A program made the translations under genes and the position numbers. 64,000 bases of DNA from Octopus sinensis (lineage: Eukaryota), in the NCBI RefSeq assembly GCF_006345805.1, contig NC_043000.1, positions 59,148,001 to 59,212,000 on the forward strand, in the 5' to 3' direction. Below are positions 21,617 through 34,869 of this stretch, piece by piece (positions within the stretch are counted from its first letter, which is position 1; each line of letters starts with the position of its first letter). Below the pieces are notes generated by a model. It saw only the letters and a program-made list of their open reading frames with translations. It was not told the DNA's origin and did no database searches.

Positions 21617-23236
21617 AGGATAGGCCAGGAGTACCTTTTCGGCCGAAAATTAATTTCTTTGCCAGGAATTGAACTCTTTTCACAACTATCATTTATTTAA
21701 AAAAAAAGAACTTTTATTGAACTGTTATTTTTATTTTTTCTTCCCTTCTGTTGTGTCTTTCCCTCTTCCTTTTTGTGTCTTTATTTTTCTATTTGCACTG
21801 TATTTGAACTTTTTGTAAATGGCAAAGGAATTACTTGTGTGGGAATTAACACCTCCCAAAACATGGCTAAAAGAGCTCGAAAGGAAGACGGTGGTATTGA
21901 GGACTTATTCAAAGTCACTCGATATAATAACTGTCTTCCCGAAAACCACAATTTTGAAAGAGCTGACAGAATACATGCCAACCATTAAATTTATTTCACG
22001 GGGAGTCAAATTTGCAATGGTCTGGTTACTATTTGATTCCCCCCTAAGAAGCTTGCGAATTTGCAAGCCAGCCCCTCGAGGGCAATGAAATTATGTTCCT
22101 CCCCAGTTATTATGGGAAAAAGTTAACGAGGGCTTGCGTCTGCGGTCTACCACCCGGAATTGAGGACTCTATCCGCCGAGGTCTGGGTGGTAGCAGTACC
22201 AAGCTGCTCAACGTAAAAATTTTGCCTGCGGCTGATTGGGAGGGGTCAAAAGCTGTGTTGACCCTATGGACCCAATCAGCCGAAAGTCTGGTTTTCCCAG
22301 ATTTTTTGAGGGTCTAGGTATCCGGTGATGCTCGAGGGACGCCCCCCCCAAGTGTCACCTGTGCCTGGAGACCGGCCACATCAAGAAAAACTGCCCCAAG
22401 GACCAAAATAGGATCCTGGAGCAGTTAACAGAGGAATCACTCCCTGCTCCCTCAATGGAGAGAGAGAAGGAGGAGTGAAAGGTGGGCAACAACGGTTGCC
22501 CACCGAAGAACCCGAGAGCTGCGGGAGAAAAGGGGGACCTGCTGGACACAGCAAGGGAACACCACCCTCTCGCGGCCCAAGGGAAAAAGAAAAGAAAAAA
22601 GGGACATTGCCGGTGGGTTGTGACACGCTGCCGGTGTGTCCCGATTCTCCTTTGGCGGGTGTGCCGCTGGAGGAGGAATTTTTGGTCCTCTTCCACAAGG
22701 GAGGAACTTTGCAAAATGAAATCAAAAAAATTGAAAGGAAGTGTCGGTAGGAGGGGCTTCTGTCCTACACGGAGGACCCTGAGTGGCCTTTGCAGGTGGC
22801 TGCGGAGGTCATATGGGAGAACGATCTGTGCAGGATAACGAACTCCTTCCCAAAGGACTCCTTCAGATTTATGTTGAAACCTTTAAGTTCGGAACGGACC
22901 AGGTGCTTCGATGAAGCGAGGAGCCTAGCCGGGCGGAAAAATTGAAGAGGTGTATTACCTCAAAAAGAGACTAAAAATGTAAAAAGTGAGAGGAATATTG
23001 CCTCGTGTTTGTGTTTTATTTTTAATTTTGAACTGTGTAAGAGGTTTATTGCCTCATTGTGTTTTTTTTTTAAAAAAAGGGAAAAAGAACAATGTTTTAG
23101 AGAAGCGAAAGTTGGCGGGCGCTTTTCGTCTTCTCCCATCCTTATATCATCATCATTCATCCCATTAATGTCTCTGTCTAGCCCTCAAGCTTCTCTCTGT
23201 GTGCTGCCCTTGTGGCAAATTTAATGAAATAAAGAA
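21617..23236 (+). mobile_element. Element D: second ORF1-only Tx1-like retroposon
   Basis: Disrupted ORF1 from ATG 21819 (VVLRTYSK; RACVCGLPPGI; knuckle CHLCLETGHIKKNC near 22354-22395), no ORF2, and 3' end CTCTGTGTGCTGCCCTTGTGGCAAATTTAATGAAATAAAGAA. Confidence 0.72.
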
Positions 23237-23590
23237 GCTGGCTTCCCAACCACATGGTTCTGGGTTCAGTCCCACTGTGTGGCACCTTGGGCAAGTATCT
23301 TCTAGTATAGCCTCAGGCTGACCAAAGCCCTGTGAGTGGATTTGTAGACGGAAACTGAAAGAAGCCCATCATATATATGTATGTATGTATTTGTGTGTCT
23401 GTGTTTGTCCCCTCATCATCACATAACAACCAATGCTGGTCTGTTTATATCACTGTAACCTAGTGGTTTGGAAAAAGAGACCAATAGAGTTAGTACTAGG
23501 CTTACAAAGAATAAGTCCTGGAGCTGATTTGTTTAACTAAAGGCAGTGCTCCAGCATGGCCACAGTCAAATGACTGAAACAAATAAAAAG
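23232..23590 (+). mobile_element. tRNA-derived SINE, second family (S2), missing the first bases of its head
   Basis: B-box-like GGGTTCAGTCCC, internal (TATG)/(TG) repeat, and tail GGCAGTGCTCCAGCATGGCCACAG...TGAAAC. Confidence 0.8.
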
Positions 23591-24022
23591 AAAAGAAATG
23601 TAAAAATAAAGAATGTATATATGTGTATGTGCATTTGCATTGCACACATAATTTAACTGTCTAAACTGAAGTATCAACCAACCAATTATAAATTACTTTT
23701 CTTGAATACAATAAAATTTTGTATCCTGCTATATGAAGTTGTTTTCTAACATTTTTTTTTGCATCATGCATATATTAATTCTGTTGTTTGCAGCAAGTCA
23801 ATTCTTGTTATATAAGTGCATTAATTGGGAAATAAATTGAAATAGAAATGAAAAACCACTCAAAGATCTGAATATTTAATTAACTGATGCCAAGTTTCAT
23901 TGAATTTCCTTCTATGAAACATTATCTATAAGCAAGAACTGTAAGAGCTATTGGATAGAGGTAAAATAGAAGTATATTTCATATTAGCTAAGTTTCATAA
24001 AATGCAAATAAGTCTAAATCTA

Positions 24023-24283
24023 AAGATTATTTGCCAACATAACACGGCAGTCCTAGCTTATGATGAATGTTGCTGTAATTTAGCCCCAGGTGACATTGTT
24101 TCCAGCTGGCTATACAACATGTTCTGTGTCCTTATGTTTTTGATTTAGGGTGCTAGATTCCCTTGCTAGAAAATATAAGGACACAGAGTCATATAGCCAG
24201 CTGGAGATGATGTCTCCTGGGGCTAAATTACAGCAACATTCGTCCTAAACCAGGGCTGCCATGTTATGTTGGCAAATAATCTT
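24023..24283. repeat. Foldback inverted repeat (~115-bp arms)
   Basis: AAGATTATTTGCCAACATAAC... pairs with ...GTTATGTTGGCAAATAATCTT; internal GCTGTAATTTAGCCCCAGG pairs with CCTGGGGCTAAATTACAGC. Confidence 0.9.
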
Positions 24284-24471
24284 CAGTCCAAAGTACTGTT
24301 GCTGAATATCTCTCATTGTGAGATTTACAAATAGTAATTTTCTAAGTCTAAATCTAGTTCTTGGAATAATGAAATTTTAAATCTATTATTATTGCTATAG
24401 ACAACTGAATCCTGGGCCACGAAGAAGGAGCTTCAAAATCATCTTGATGTTATACACATCAGGCATCTGAA

Positions 24472-24660
24472 GTCAGTGAGCTGGTAAAATTGTTACCTAG
24501 CAGCATTTCTTCCATTTTATATTTTGAGTTCAAATTCTGCTGAGGTCAACTTTGCCTTTCATCCTTTCAGAGTTGATAAAATAAATACCAGTTCAACACG
24601 AGTTGATGTAATCAACTTCTATTCCCACTCTAAATTGATGGCTTTGTGCCAAAATTAGAA
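24472..24660 (+). mobile_element. SINE S1, diverged
   Basis: GAGTTCAAATTCTGCTGAGGTCAACTTTGCCTTTCATCC core. Confidence 0.75.
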
Positions 24661-25853
24661 CGAGCATCTGGCATCTCATGAGAGCTCAAAACACCTTTTG
24701 GCATAAGCACAGGATTTGCAAGGAGATTTATGGACTCATTCCGCCCCATCTCAGCTATTGTTGTTCACTGTAAGGTAGCTTTACTGGTCATTGCAATAAT
24801 CCAGAATGTCGTATTAGATGTTATATTTTAGAGACTTCTACACTTAATAGATAATGAAAAACCACTCAACTATATTGATATTATTAACAGATACAAAAGA
24901 GCATGAAATACTGAGGAACTATCAAAAGTGATGATAAAGATTCCTTGTGAGATGTCGTGAAACATATTTTGGTTGTGTCCACTTGAAGAAGAAGAAGGCA
25001 ATGTTCTCTTAATGAAAGTACTTTTCTAAAAATTATGAAAAATACTCAATTTCACTAAAATTAGAAATCATTTCTACTTTATGAGTGGTTGGTGTTATTA
25101 GAATCAGCATCTATCAGGAAAAGCACTGACTCTATAAACCCATACATGGCCAAATTTACAGAACTATTCAACTCATGCTAGCAAAGGCAAACAAATGTAA
25201 AAATGTTAGAAAAAAAAGTACAACAATTAGAAAGAAAAATATGTGAATACTTAACATGTATTTATTTTTTAAGGCTTTATTTGAGAAAAAGAGAAGTGCC
25301 TATCACTTTTTTTGCAGGGTCTCACAGTCTGATGGAGAAAAGAGAAGAAGAACCCAAGACTTAGACAAGAGTCTTGGTATGATGCTTGCAGTAGATGGAT
25401 TTGGCCCAAAGTACCAAAGAACCAGGTGATGGATTACACTAGGCTTAGGCAATTGTTTCTGAGAAGCTGGTCATATGAGGCTGCATTTGTCTCATCATCT
25501 GGTGGCTACACTACTAATGGAATTCAAGGTAATTTTTCATTAGGCATGCAATTCAGAAAGTTCTGCAATCTGCAGATTATGGACTAGATTTCAGTCTGGA
25601 TTAGGCTATCAATCCAGAGCAGGTAGATTTATTGGACTTCTATATAGTACCCATCTACCCAGTTCTACTCACAAGGCTTAGATCAATCTAAGGCTATGGT
25701 AGAAAATATTGGCTTATCTCACATTCAAACTGAACCTGGAAAATCACATGACCATGCTTACATACATAGAACTTATTGGAACAAATATGCAAGAACAATA
25801 TCTAACTGTAATATGACACAAGAATCTGTCACTCAGACTTTTATGTTACGTTT

Positions 25854-26178
25854 TTAAATGAATAGTCAAAACATGCAGATATTAAATAACTTAAGCTTTA
25901 CTGTCTGAACCCATTGTTTACATTCAATAATTAGTGTTAAATGGGTGCATTGTTTACATTCAATAATTACTGTTAAATGAGTGCATGATGGTAAATAATA
26001 AAAAGAACAAACAAAAATACATGACACAGTAACAAGTGTCGTTTTTTTGTTTGTTTTTCTTATCATTTGCCATCATAGTAAATGTGCTCATTTAACACTA
26101 ATTATTAAATGTAAACTATGAACTCAAATAGTAAAGCTAAAGTTATTCAATATCTGTGTGCTTTGATTATTCATTTAA
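25854..26178. repeat. Degenerate foldback/MITE (~155-bp arms)
   Basis: TTAAATGAATAGTCAAA... pairs with ...TTTGATTATTCATTTAA; centre GACAC-N8-GTGTC; the left arm carries a ~35-bp tandem duplication. Confidence 0.8.
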
Positions 26179-29100
26179 GAATGATCACATATGTAATCCA
26201 ATTTGGTCTGTTAAAGTCAGTGTTTCCTAAAGTTTAGCCTGTTTACCACAGGAAATATATAACTGAATTTGGTACCCAGGTGTTTTCTCATCTCATTTTC
26301 CAGCTGTACCTCAAGTTCAGGGCAGAAACCTGAGATCAGTTAAATACAAATGAAAGTAGGAAGTACTTGATATTTCTAATTGTTGCATGTCTTCCAGTTT
26401 AATTTTCTACATTTCACACTTTTGAGACATTCATATGCTAGCATAGAAAGCAGTTATTTAAACTTTTAACCATCTTAAATTCTAGACAAAATACTATCAA
26501 CCTTGCTTTAGGTAAAATAACTTACATGTTTCTTGTGAATCAACTGGGATATCAAATGCTTGATATCCTGTTCATACTTGATGCTCTACTGCATTTATCT
26601 CACAAAAACTGAGTTTCCAATACCTGGTTTCTGTACAGTCTGCAGCAATGAATTTCTGATATTCCTTTTTAGCATAATTAATAATGCAAAATTGGCTAAA
26701 GCCACCTAAGGACTTGATGTGGTGTAAAATGATGGACAATCTTTTCTGAGAAGTGGGCCATACGAGACATGGCTCATCATCTGGTGGGACACACTACTAA
26801 AAGTATTCAAGATAAATTTTCTTTAGGCATACTATTCTGAAGACCCTGTGGTGCTTTCTTTCTGACAGTGTTATTGCCTATACAAAGGTACTATTATTAA
26901 CTGTTTAAATATGTGTAACAGAGAGATTAACATCATTGGTAAAGTACTGTATGTGGCAGAGAAATTTATGACCAACTTAGTACAAGATAGGTAGAAGATC
27001 AGCAGAATGCATCTTAAATTGGTTTATTGGGTGTCATATTCTTTGAAAGGAAATTGCAAGAGAGCATGTGAAGGACAAACAAATCTATTTTGCACTGAGA
27101 GAATGTTTATAACAAGATTTAACAATGGTTCAACTAAGTTAAGATGAACGGTTTAAAGAAGCTGTCAAGTCTATATATGGAAGGGACTAAAAGCAAAATT
27201 AGGATAAAGAATAAACTCAATGAAGAGTTTCAGTTAAATGTGAGAGTTTACCAAGGCTCAACATAAATCTCGTTTGTAGACATTGAAGCTATTAAGAAAC
27301 TCAGGAAATTGGAGTTTTAACAGCCAGCTTTATTAAAATTCCAATTTAAACAGTTGTAACTTTAAAACAAGGATGGTTTAAAGGCAAATATGTCTAAGAT
27401 GAATATTCATGTAGAAGGAAACCAGAAACATTTTGAGAAATGCTCAAAGAAATATCGATTCATAGGTGAATTCAGAAAATAAAGAGCTGGAACAAGCATT
27501 AGAAGGCATTTTGCCCAATGTATTTATTCCATCAATCTGGTGCCTTGAACTGTTACTTTATGTTATTGACCCTGGAAGTATCAAAGGCAAAATTGACCCT
27601 GTAGGATTTGGACTCAGAACCTAAAGAGCTGTAATTAATACTGCAAAACATTGTGTTCAAAACTCTAATTATTAGGATATAATCCTCTGCCTTAGAGAAG
27701 GAGTTAATCATAGCATAATATTGGGGGTTGAGGGTGATTTGAAAAAATTTTGAAAACTGTTACCCTTATTTGGAAATAAACAGTTTTTTTTTATCTATGT
27801 TCATAATTATGAAGCTTCATGGAAGTGAAACTTATGATGTCAGAGGATGTAAAAAATGAGTATAAGTTAACGCATCAAGTATCATCTCTTGAACATCATT
27901 TGAGAGTTTCACCTATTCTAATGTAAATAGAACTGGTGGTCGAGTCTGATAGGACACTGGTCAACTAGTTGAGAGGTCAGTAGTTTGGTGTCTATAATCA
28001 ACGCTATGCTGTGCCTATGGTTCAGATGAGGGAGCTTCTACATCCTGCACAGACAACTTTTTTCAAAAAGTGGGACTGATGAGACATGGCTTGTCATCAA
28101 GCAGGCTGCACTACTAAAATAATGCACGATAATTTTTTGTTAGGTATGCTAGAAACATCAGCAAATTGCCAACAAACTACACTGTACAGTCTCAAGTGAT
28201 AGTAGACTTAATCTGTTGCTCATTTTAACATCGCCACATGGTTTTTGAATGTCTTTAGCAGAGTCCACTCTTTTGTAAGTATTCAGGCCAGGTCCCTGGT
28301 TTAAAGATAACTTCCTCTCTTTCTGCCACTAGTCTCACAGGCTCTGAAAAAGGTCATTGGTACTATCCTTTCCCTTTTGACTAAGTGATTATAAATGGAA
28401 GTATGTACTTGACAGTCTCATCCCTGATAAGCAAAATGGTAGAATGGTTATGGTGGAATGTCTTTTATCAGAGGTCTGCTCACATGATATTAAATAACTG
28501 TTTAATTGCACTTAAATACTGTTGGATAAAAGTTCTGTAAAATTGGCGATGGCTCAGAATACTGAGTTCAGTTTTATCTGTACAAAAAAAGTTTCCTGTG
28601 GTTGACTGGCATCCTGTCCAGGGAGACATTTGGTTTCATTTTCCACTTCACTTGATCATTATGCTAAAAGTGCTCTCAATAGACACAGCAGAAATGCAAC
28701 TAATTGTATAATAGAGCAGAATTAGTTCCTCACTATCACTATTCTGTTTGCAATTGTGCAGTTTACTTTAATCCATTAACATTCAGATTACTCTGTCAGA
28801 TGTAATGGTTATTTATTCATATTGCTCAGAATTATGCATTATCTCATAGCTGAGTGTTCAATGATGTGATTGTTTACTTTTAGAATGACATTGTTGCGTA
28901 TGTGTGAGATCTGGATTTGGCCAGTTTGGACATAAAGCAGTTAGGCTGGATATGGCCAGTTTAAATGCTAAAAGGTTAAAATATATCTTATGAAAATGTT
29001 GCATAGGATCACTATTATGTTCTAGTGGAAACCACCAAGAAACTTTATCACTATTTGTTCCAATTCAAAAGTTATCAACCTGAGAAAGATGACACTTTGA

Positions 29101-30199
29101 AACTGGTCTTTTAAAGGTTACCAAATTGTACATTTCATTCTCAAGGATCTACCAACAAAAATAAGATCTTCCAATTCATGGAAGATACAAAAAAGTTCAA
29201 CAACAGCAGCATCTAACTGTCCATTCTTTCTTTCTTTTTTTTTATCATTTTCTTATATAGCTCTTCTAGCTTCACACAGATGCTTAAATTGATAAAATAA
29301 ATACTGTGTGGTCAAAGACTGCAGGCCATGGTGTGTTCTCTGGTCGTTTGCTTGAGATTGTATAAAAGTTTTATGATGCAAGTGATGTAATTTGTGCTGT
29401 GAATGAGTATGAAATACAAAATTAACAGGCGCAACTGATTATTATTTTGTTACCAACAAAAAAAAAAGAAAAAACGATTAAAATGTTCCAACAGGTAGAT
29501 TGCATAATGAACATGTAGCTTTTGAAGTGTATGTAAATTAAATATAAACCACAAAGCTGGAGAATTAGAATATGATAGTTGGCTATGCAATATGGATATG
29601 AAAGTCTAAGAACAAGCTTGTTTAGAAAGTGACTGTGGAGCATCAGCATTGACTGACATAAAAGAAATAGCTCTGCTAGAATGAATTTATAATGTATATG
29701 GATAGTATGCATTTTGTGATGGGAATTAGTGAAAGAAGACATCAAAGGGAAAACAGATACAATTAATTAAATAAAAATGTTTTGGCTGACAAGATTTGGA
29801 ATGCAATTAGGGATTCTGTTGTAGAGACTGAGCAACATTTACTAATTTGGAATAAACTAATTGTCAGTTAATACTTGGGCCATTGATGAAGACTTGAAAA
29901 ATATCTCATGTCTTGCTTTTGTTGTTAAGGCATACAGGTACCCAAAATTATAATTTTCTCTATTTTTCCCAGGTTAATTCACATTGTGATGAGCAGCAAA
30001 AATAAAATTTTGTTTATTCCAGAGAATTTTATTTTTCCCTAATCTCAAAATATCTTAGTAACATTCAAGTTGTCTGAAAGTCCTGTTTGCAATAAATACT
30101 GTCACCCCCACCTCAAAGTGTTTTCTTTTCTATAATTCCCAAATTGGTTTTTACTGCATTTGTAATAATGATTCTCGCCATTTTGAAATTTAAATTAAT

Positions 30200-32000
30200 G
30201 TATTAAAAAATGTAATTGCCACATTTAAATATTAATAATACACTTTTAAAAACGATTTGCCAACTTGTAATTTATCATTCAGTCGAATCTATTGATGTGG
30301 CAGAAAATAGAGTAAAATATTTTCATGATAATGTTCACAAACATAATTTCTTGAAGTGCGTTTATCATAATTTACGACGTAAATAAAATACATTGGAGAA
30401 TAATAGATTTGTCATTTTCATTTATCACAATCTCCAAGACGAGTCAGCAAAATAATTTTATGATGTTCTTGGTCTTCCGTAGATAAAGTAAACAACTACA
30501 ACAACTACTATAACAGCTTAGCCTCGGACTCTCCTCGGAAACTTTCATACCGGTATTTTTACTGTCGTTATTTTCTTGTCAAATAGTAAGTCATCGTTTT
30601 GTTCTATTTACTTTTTAAACTAGTGGCAATAATATGATTTGCGTTAAATCCTCACGTTATTTGGTTGCTAATTATGATTTCACTCGACAAAATCATTCAA
30701 GTATCCAACAGAATTTGGCTGTAATCGTGTTTATTAAAATGTCAGCTCCTAAGCGTAGTTCTGTAAATTTGATAAAGTTTTCTGTTTACTGTAGGCTTTG
30801 GAATTTGAATTGTTTTTTTCGTGTTATCTGTTTTATATATCAGTAGAAATGTTTATAGAGTAAGAAACCGAGAGATTTTCCTATTCATTGGTGCCTTCTC
30901 CGAAGTGAAATATTTGTTTACAACTTGACCCACGGCAAAGCTTGGTCGTCCATTATATGACCCCACCCACCACCTTTACTTAAATGGTCAGCATAGCTTA
31001 ATAATCATACATTCTCTTTTCCATTCGTAAATTTTTCCGAATAATTAAATTTATGCAACTTAAATACGTTTCTCATAAAAATCGCCACTGAATGTATTTA
31101 TGTCTGAAAACCCGTGTTTATTATTTTTCTTAAAAATCATAACATAGACGATGGGCACTCACTTTGTGACATCCTCGAATGTATTCCAGCCATTATTGTT
31201 TTTAAGATCCTAACAGTATTTTCTTTCGAATTTATTTTTAAAGAATTAAAGCTTGAGTGAATATATTGAAGTTATACATAAAAAAATAATTTAATATATT
31301 TACTTGTTTTTAAAGATCGAAGACTTTGGGTGTCAGTGTAGTTGGGCGAAGTATATTTTTCATTGAAAAATATTTTAATATTGATTTTAAAATTGTTTCA
31401 GTCTTCTATTACTTGTGGGTCAGTAAAAATTTCAAGCCAAATCAATAGTGAAATTCTCTTCGTGGTATCCTTTATGACGTTAAGCTGATTGGAATTGAAT
31501 GATATACCTTGTCAACGAAATTGGGATTAGAAAACTACGTAACAAGTTCTAAAGCTTAACTTTAACCTGTGTTTAAAGATTATTCATTTCACGATTTGTT
31601 TTCTGGAGAGTTTGTCATTGTCGAACCACCAGTAAATGTCTTAATCGGGCCGTTGTAAGAATAGTACAAGTCACCAGAAGCTTTCTTCTGAAATTAGGTG
31701 TTGAGTTTATAAGAAATATTTTGATTTTAAGTTAGTTCAGTTTCCATCAGCGTTTTAATATCTCATTTTTTTTCCCATTTAAGAGAAGGAAAATCTAATA
31801 TAGACAGTTCTTTTTTTTTATTTGCAATAGTTATTTACCAGTTTTCTAGATCCAATCTAAAATATTTTGCAGTTTGTGGTGTTAGCAGGCTGTGTCCCTC
31901 TCAGCTTGTTGCTCTTTCCCCACTAGTCCCATTTGTTATATTACTTCACATTTGCAGAGATATATCCTCCCGTTCCTCCGTGCAAAGAAAGTTTCTAGCT
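30200..32000. promoter_or_regulatory. CpG-retaining segment, candidate promoter/first-exon region
   Basis: CpG is visibly frequent here and scarce in the flanking 23.6-30.2 kb and 32-52 kb (qualitative reading). Donor-like GTAAGT at 30586. Confidence 0.4.
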
Positions 32001-34869
32001 AGCTTTTCTAAGTCCACGATGCAAAATGAATGGCATATTCTGCATAAAAATGTAAACAATGTATAAAACCCTCTTTCTTTCTGCAAAATTTGCTGCGTGT
32101 ATAAACTCTGAGAAAATTGTTTTGGATCAGAATGTACATGTCTTATTTTGTAAGAATGCAGGCTAACAATTTATTATTGAAAGACACATCTTGTGGTTAC
32201 CACCAAGACTAGTTCTTAGTGTTGTGGAAATTAACATGTACACAAACGAGGCAAATTCTACTTTCGGAATTCTAAGCAGTCCTTTACCCATCTCACAAGC
32301 CTTGAAGTGTCAATATAAATTAGTACTTAGCAATGACTATACAGTGTTCACAAGTGTGAGATAAATCTCATTTCTGGTTGGCACCAGTGTATAATTGGTA
32401 TATTCCAGCTGCTAGGTGAACTTGGGTTTGTAGAATTAAATTCATTGATCAAAGAACAGTTGACTCCTAATTCAGATCAGCAGGTATGAAATCCAGCTTC
32501 CTCACTTGTAAGATTAATGTTTATCCACTACACATGAGATAAACCTGGAAATTACCCAGAGTGCTAAATTCTGGGGGTGCCTTACAAATTCCAAATAACT
32601 TGGACATAATTTCTTAATCCAATGAAAAACACAAAAACTTAGTAATAAAGAAAGTAAGTGAGGACATTTCCAGAATAGTGCTTTAGTAGTAGCAGAAAAC
32701 TATCATCATCAACTGATGTGTTGATATAATACTGAATTAGAATATATCATACATTGTAAGCTACCACTTCTGGTTGTCTTTGGCAAACAATTGTAAGTGG
32801 GGAGTGCACATTGCAAAGCTTATTCTAGCATTGTCCTTGGATGTACATTTGGCTGTTCCACGTATGACACTATTAAATTTTGCTCATTAACTCAGGAGCC
32901 ATTCACTAAACTCTGTATACCTTATTCCATGCCTTTTAGATATGCATAAATGAGCCAATGACCAATGGTTGCCTACAGAAATATCCTAAATGTGAAACTA
33001 ATGTTCACTTCAAAGTGATGTGTGAAGTTCCACCTTGAAGTGCAGTCTGATTTTGATATCAGAAATATTATACAACAAATATGGAGCTGCATATGTTAAA
33101 ATGAACTTGGAGGGAAAGTCTAACATAGGAAACAAAACTGTTAAAAGCTTTGTAATGAAATGTAGTAGTTATACAGTTGTGAAATACCACTGTTATCACT
33201 GGCCCTAATATAGGTTAAGTCTAGAAATTTGAAGGAAGAGGGCAGTCAGTTATGTCAACCCCAGTACTTGACTAGTTTTGTTATTTTATCAACCTTAGAA
33301 GGATGAGAAGCAAATTTAAATTTGGCAGTATTTGAACTGCATGGCATTTTCATCAGTATTATAACAATAATCCAAAATAATAATAATTCTTTCTTTTTTG
33401 CCATCAGGGCCCATTATTTAAAAACAAAATACCTCGAAAGGAGCGACAATATGTGGGAATCTGCATGCATGTAATGTTATCCATCCATCTTCTCTACTTA
33501 CTATTCCTGGTAGAGTTGTGGGGATAGTATCCCATCAAAAGCAACTGTCATTACACTTTCCAGTTGGATTTCCAAGCATGGCCAATTGGGACTGTGGATA
33601 TTATCCAACCATTTTGTTCTTGGTCTACCCCTAGGTCTCCTGTTGGTTGGCTCACTTAGAAGAATTCATCTTGTGAATCTGCGGCATTCTAATCACGTCT
33701 ATAATGCGATGAAAACAAAAGTAAACCACATATACAAAGGGCGAGAAGCTGTCAGCTCAGTAGGCTCAAGGCAGTCCATGACTGACCACTTTTTGTTCCA
33801 TTCATCTCTACAAACTGGTCACTCTAAAGCTGCCTGTAAGCTTCTTTAGCCCCAGCTGAGCTATGAAGAGCTAAGGTTCAGTTGAACTGAAGGCATAATT
33901 CCTAAGCTGTTAGTAGACCACCACTTTGGTTTTTATTAAATGTCCTTCATTTATAGGCTCTTAGTTCTTATCACTCAACTCCTTTTTTAATCAGCAAAGT
34001 ATCTGGGTCCCCTATAAGGGCCAGTGTTTGGTCAACTAGGTAGAGTTGTTCTTTTGAATTACTGTAAAGTTCCAAAGACCCATGGGGATGGGGGCCTTTA
34101 ATGAGAGTTCCCCAGTCTTTCTTTATTTTCTGGTCAAGTTCAATTTTTATTTTTCTTACCCCTTTTTAGTATTTTAGTAGTTTTCCACTTATTTCCAGTT
34201 TCCATCTCTCCATAATCTTGTGATAATGGAGTTACACTCTTAGCTATGGTCTCTATTTGGCTCTTTGCTGGGAGGAAAGCCCCCTCAGCCTCTTGATGGC
34301 GAGGTTGAAGTGATTTTTTTCACTCTTACTATCCTTGGAGTTGATTGAGGATATACTAGAAACAGCTTCTGGAACCTGCTGCTGTTGTTTTCTATCATCC
34401 TCTTTCTTCAGTCAATTTTCTTTCTCTTCTGGGCAGAGAGTCCTCAAGTTGCTCTTATTTCCACACAAATAGTAACTGGGCTTCCTGCTTTGTGATATCA
34501 GTTTGATTGCCTTCTGCTCTGTTTCCATATCAGTGTACAACTCAAAGTCGAATGACATCAAGAGCTGCACGTCTGTGCAGACTATGTGGTGTTGGGTATC
34601 ACTTCTATGCTCATCATCTGTCAGTGTTGTTGCAAAGGTGGCAAGCCACATGTCTATGTCTGTACTGATGTCCCTGGCTATGTCCTCTACTTCTTCGTCA
34701 TTGGTTAGATGTCCAATATTTTTGAATTCTCTTGATGGTAAAATGAATTTCCCCAAAATTTTTTGCATAATATAGTCTTGAAAAAATATCTTCTGCACAG
34801 AACTCTGAAAATATAATTGTGTATAGTGAACAACAATAGTGGCTACAACAACAGCAATAACAATAAAAT

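Noticed and set aside
14415-21621. TSD for the old gypsy element
   Set aside because: The flanks GAAGA and AGGAT do not match; the boundaries may have been rearranged.
22352-22365. GTGTCACCTGTGCC as a fourth copy of the Tx1 target motif
   Set aside because: Only a partial match, located in the zinc-knuckle codons (KCHLC) of element D and not at an element boundary.
25318-25376. Small plus-strand exon candidate (TTTTGCAG...GTATGA)
   Set aside because: Splice-like signals alone are common in AT-rich DNA, and there is no partner exon or recognisable peptide.
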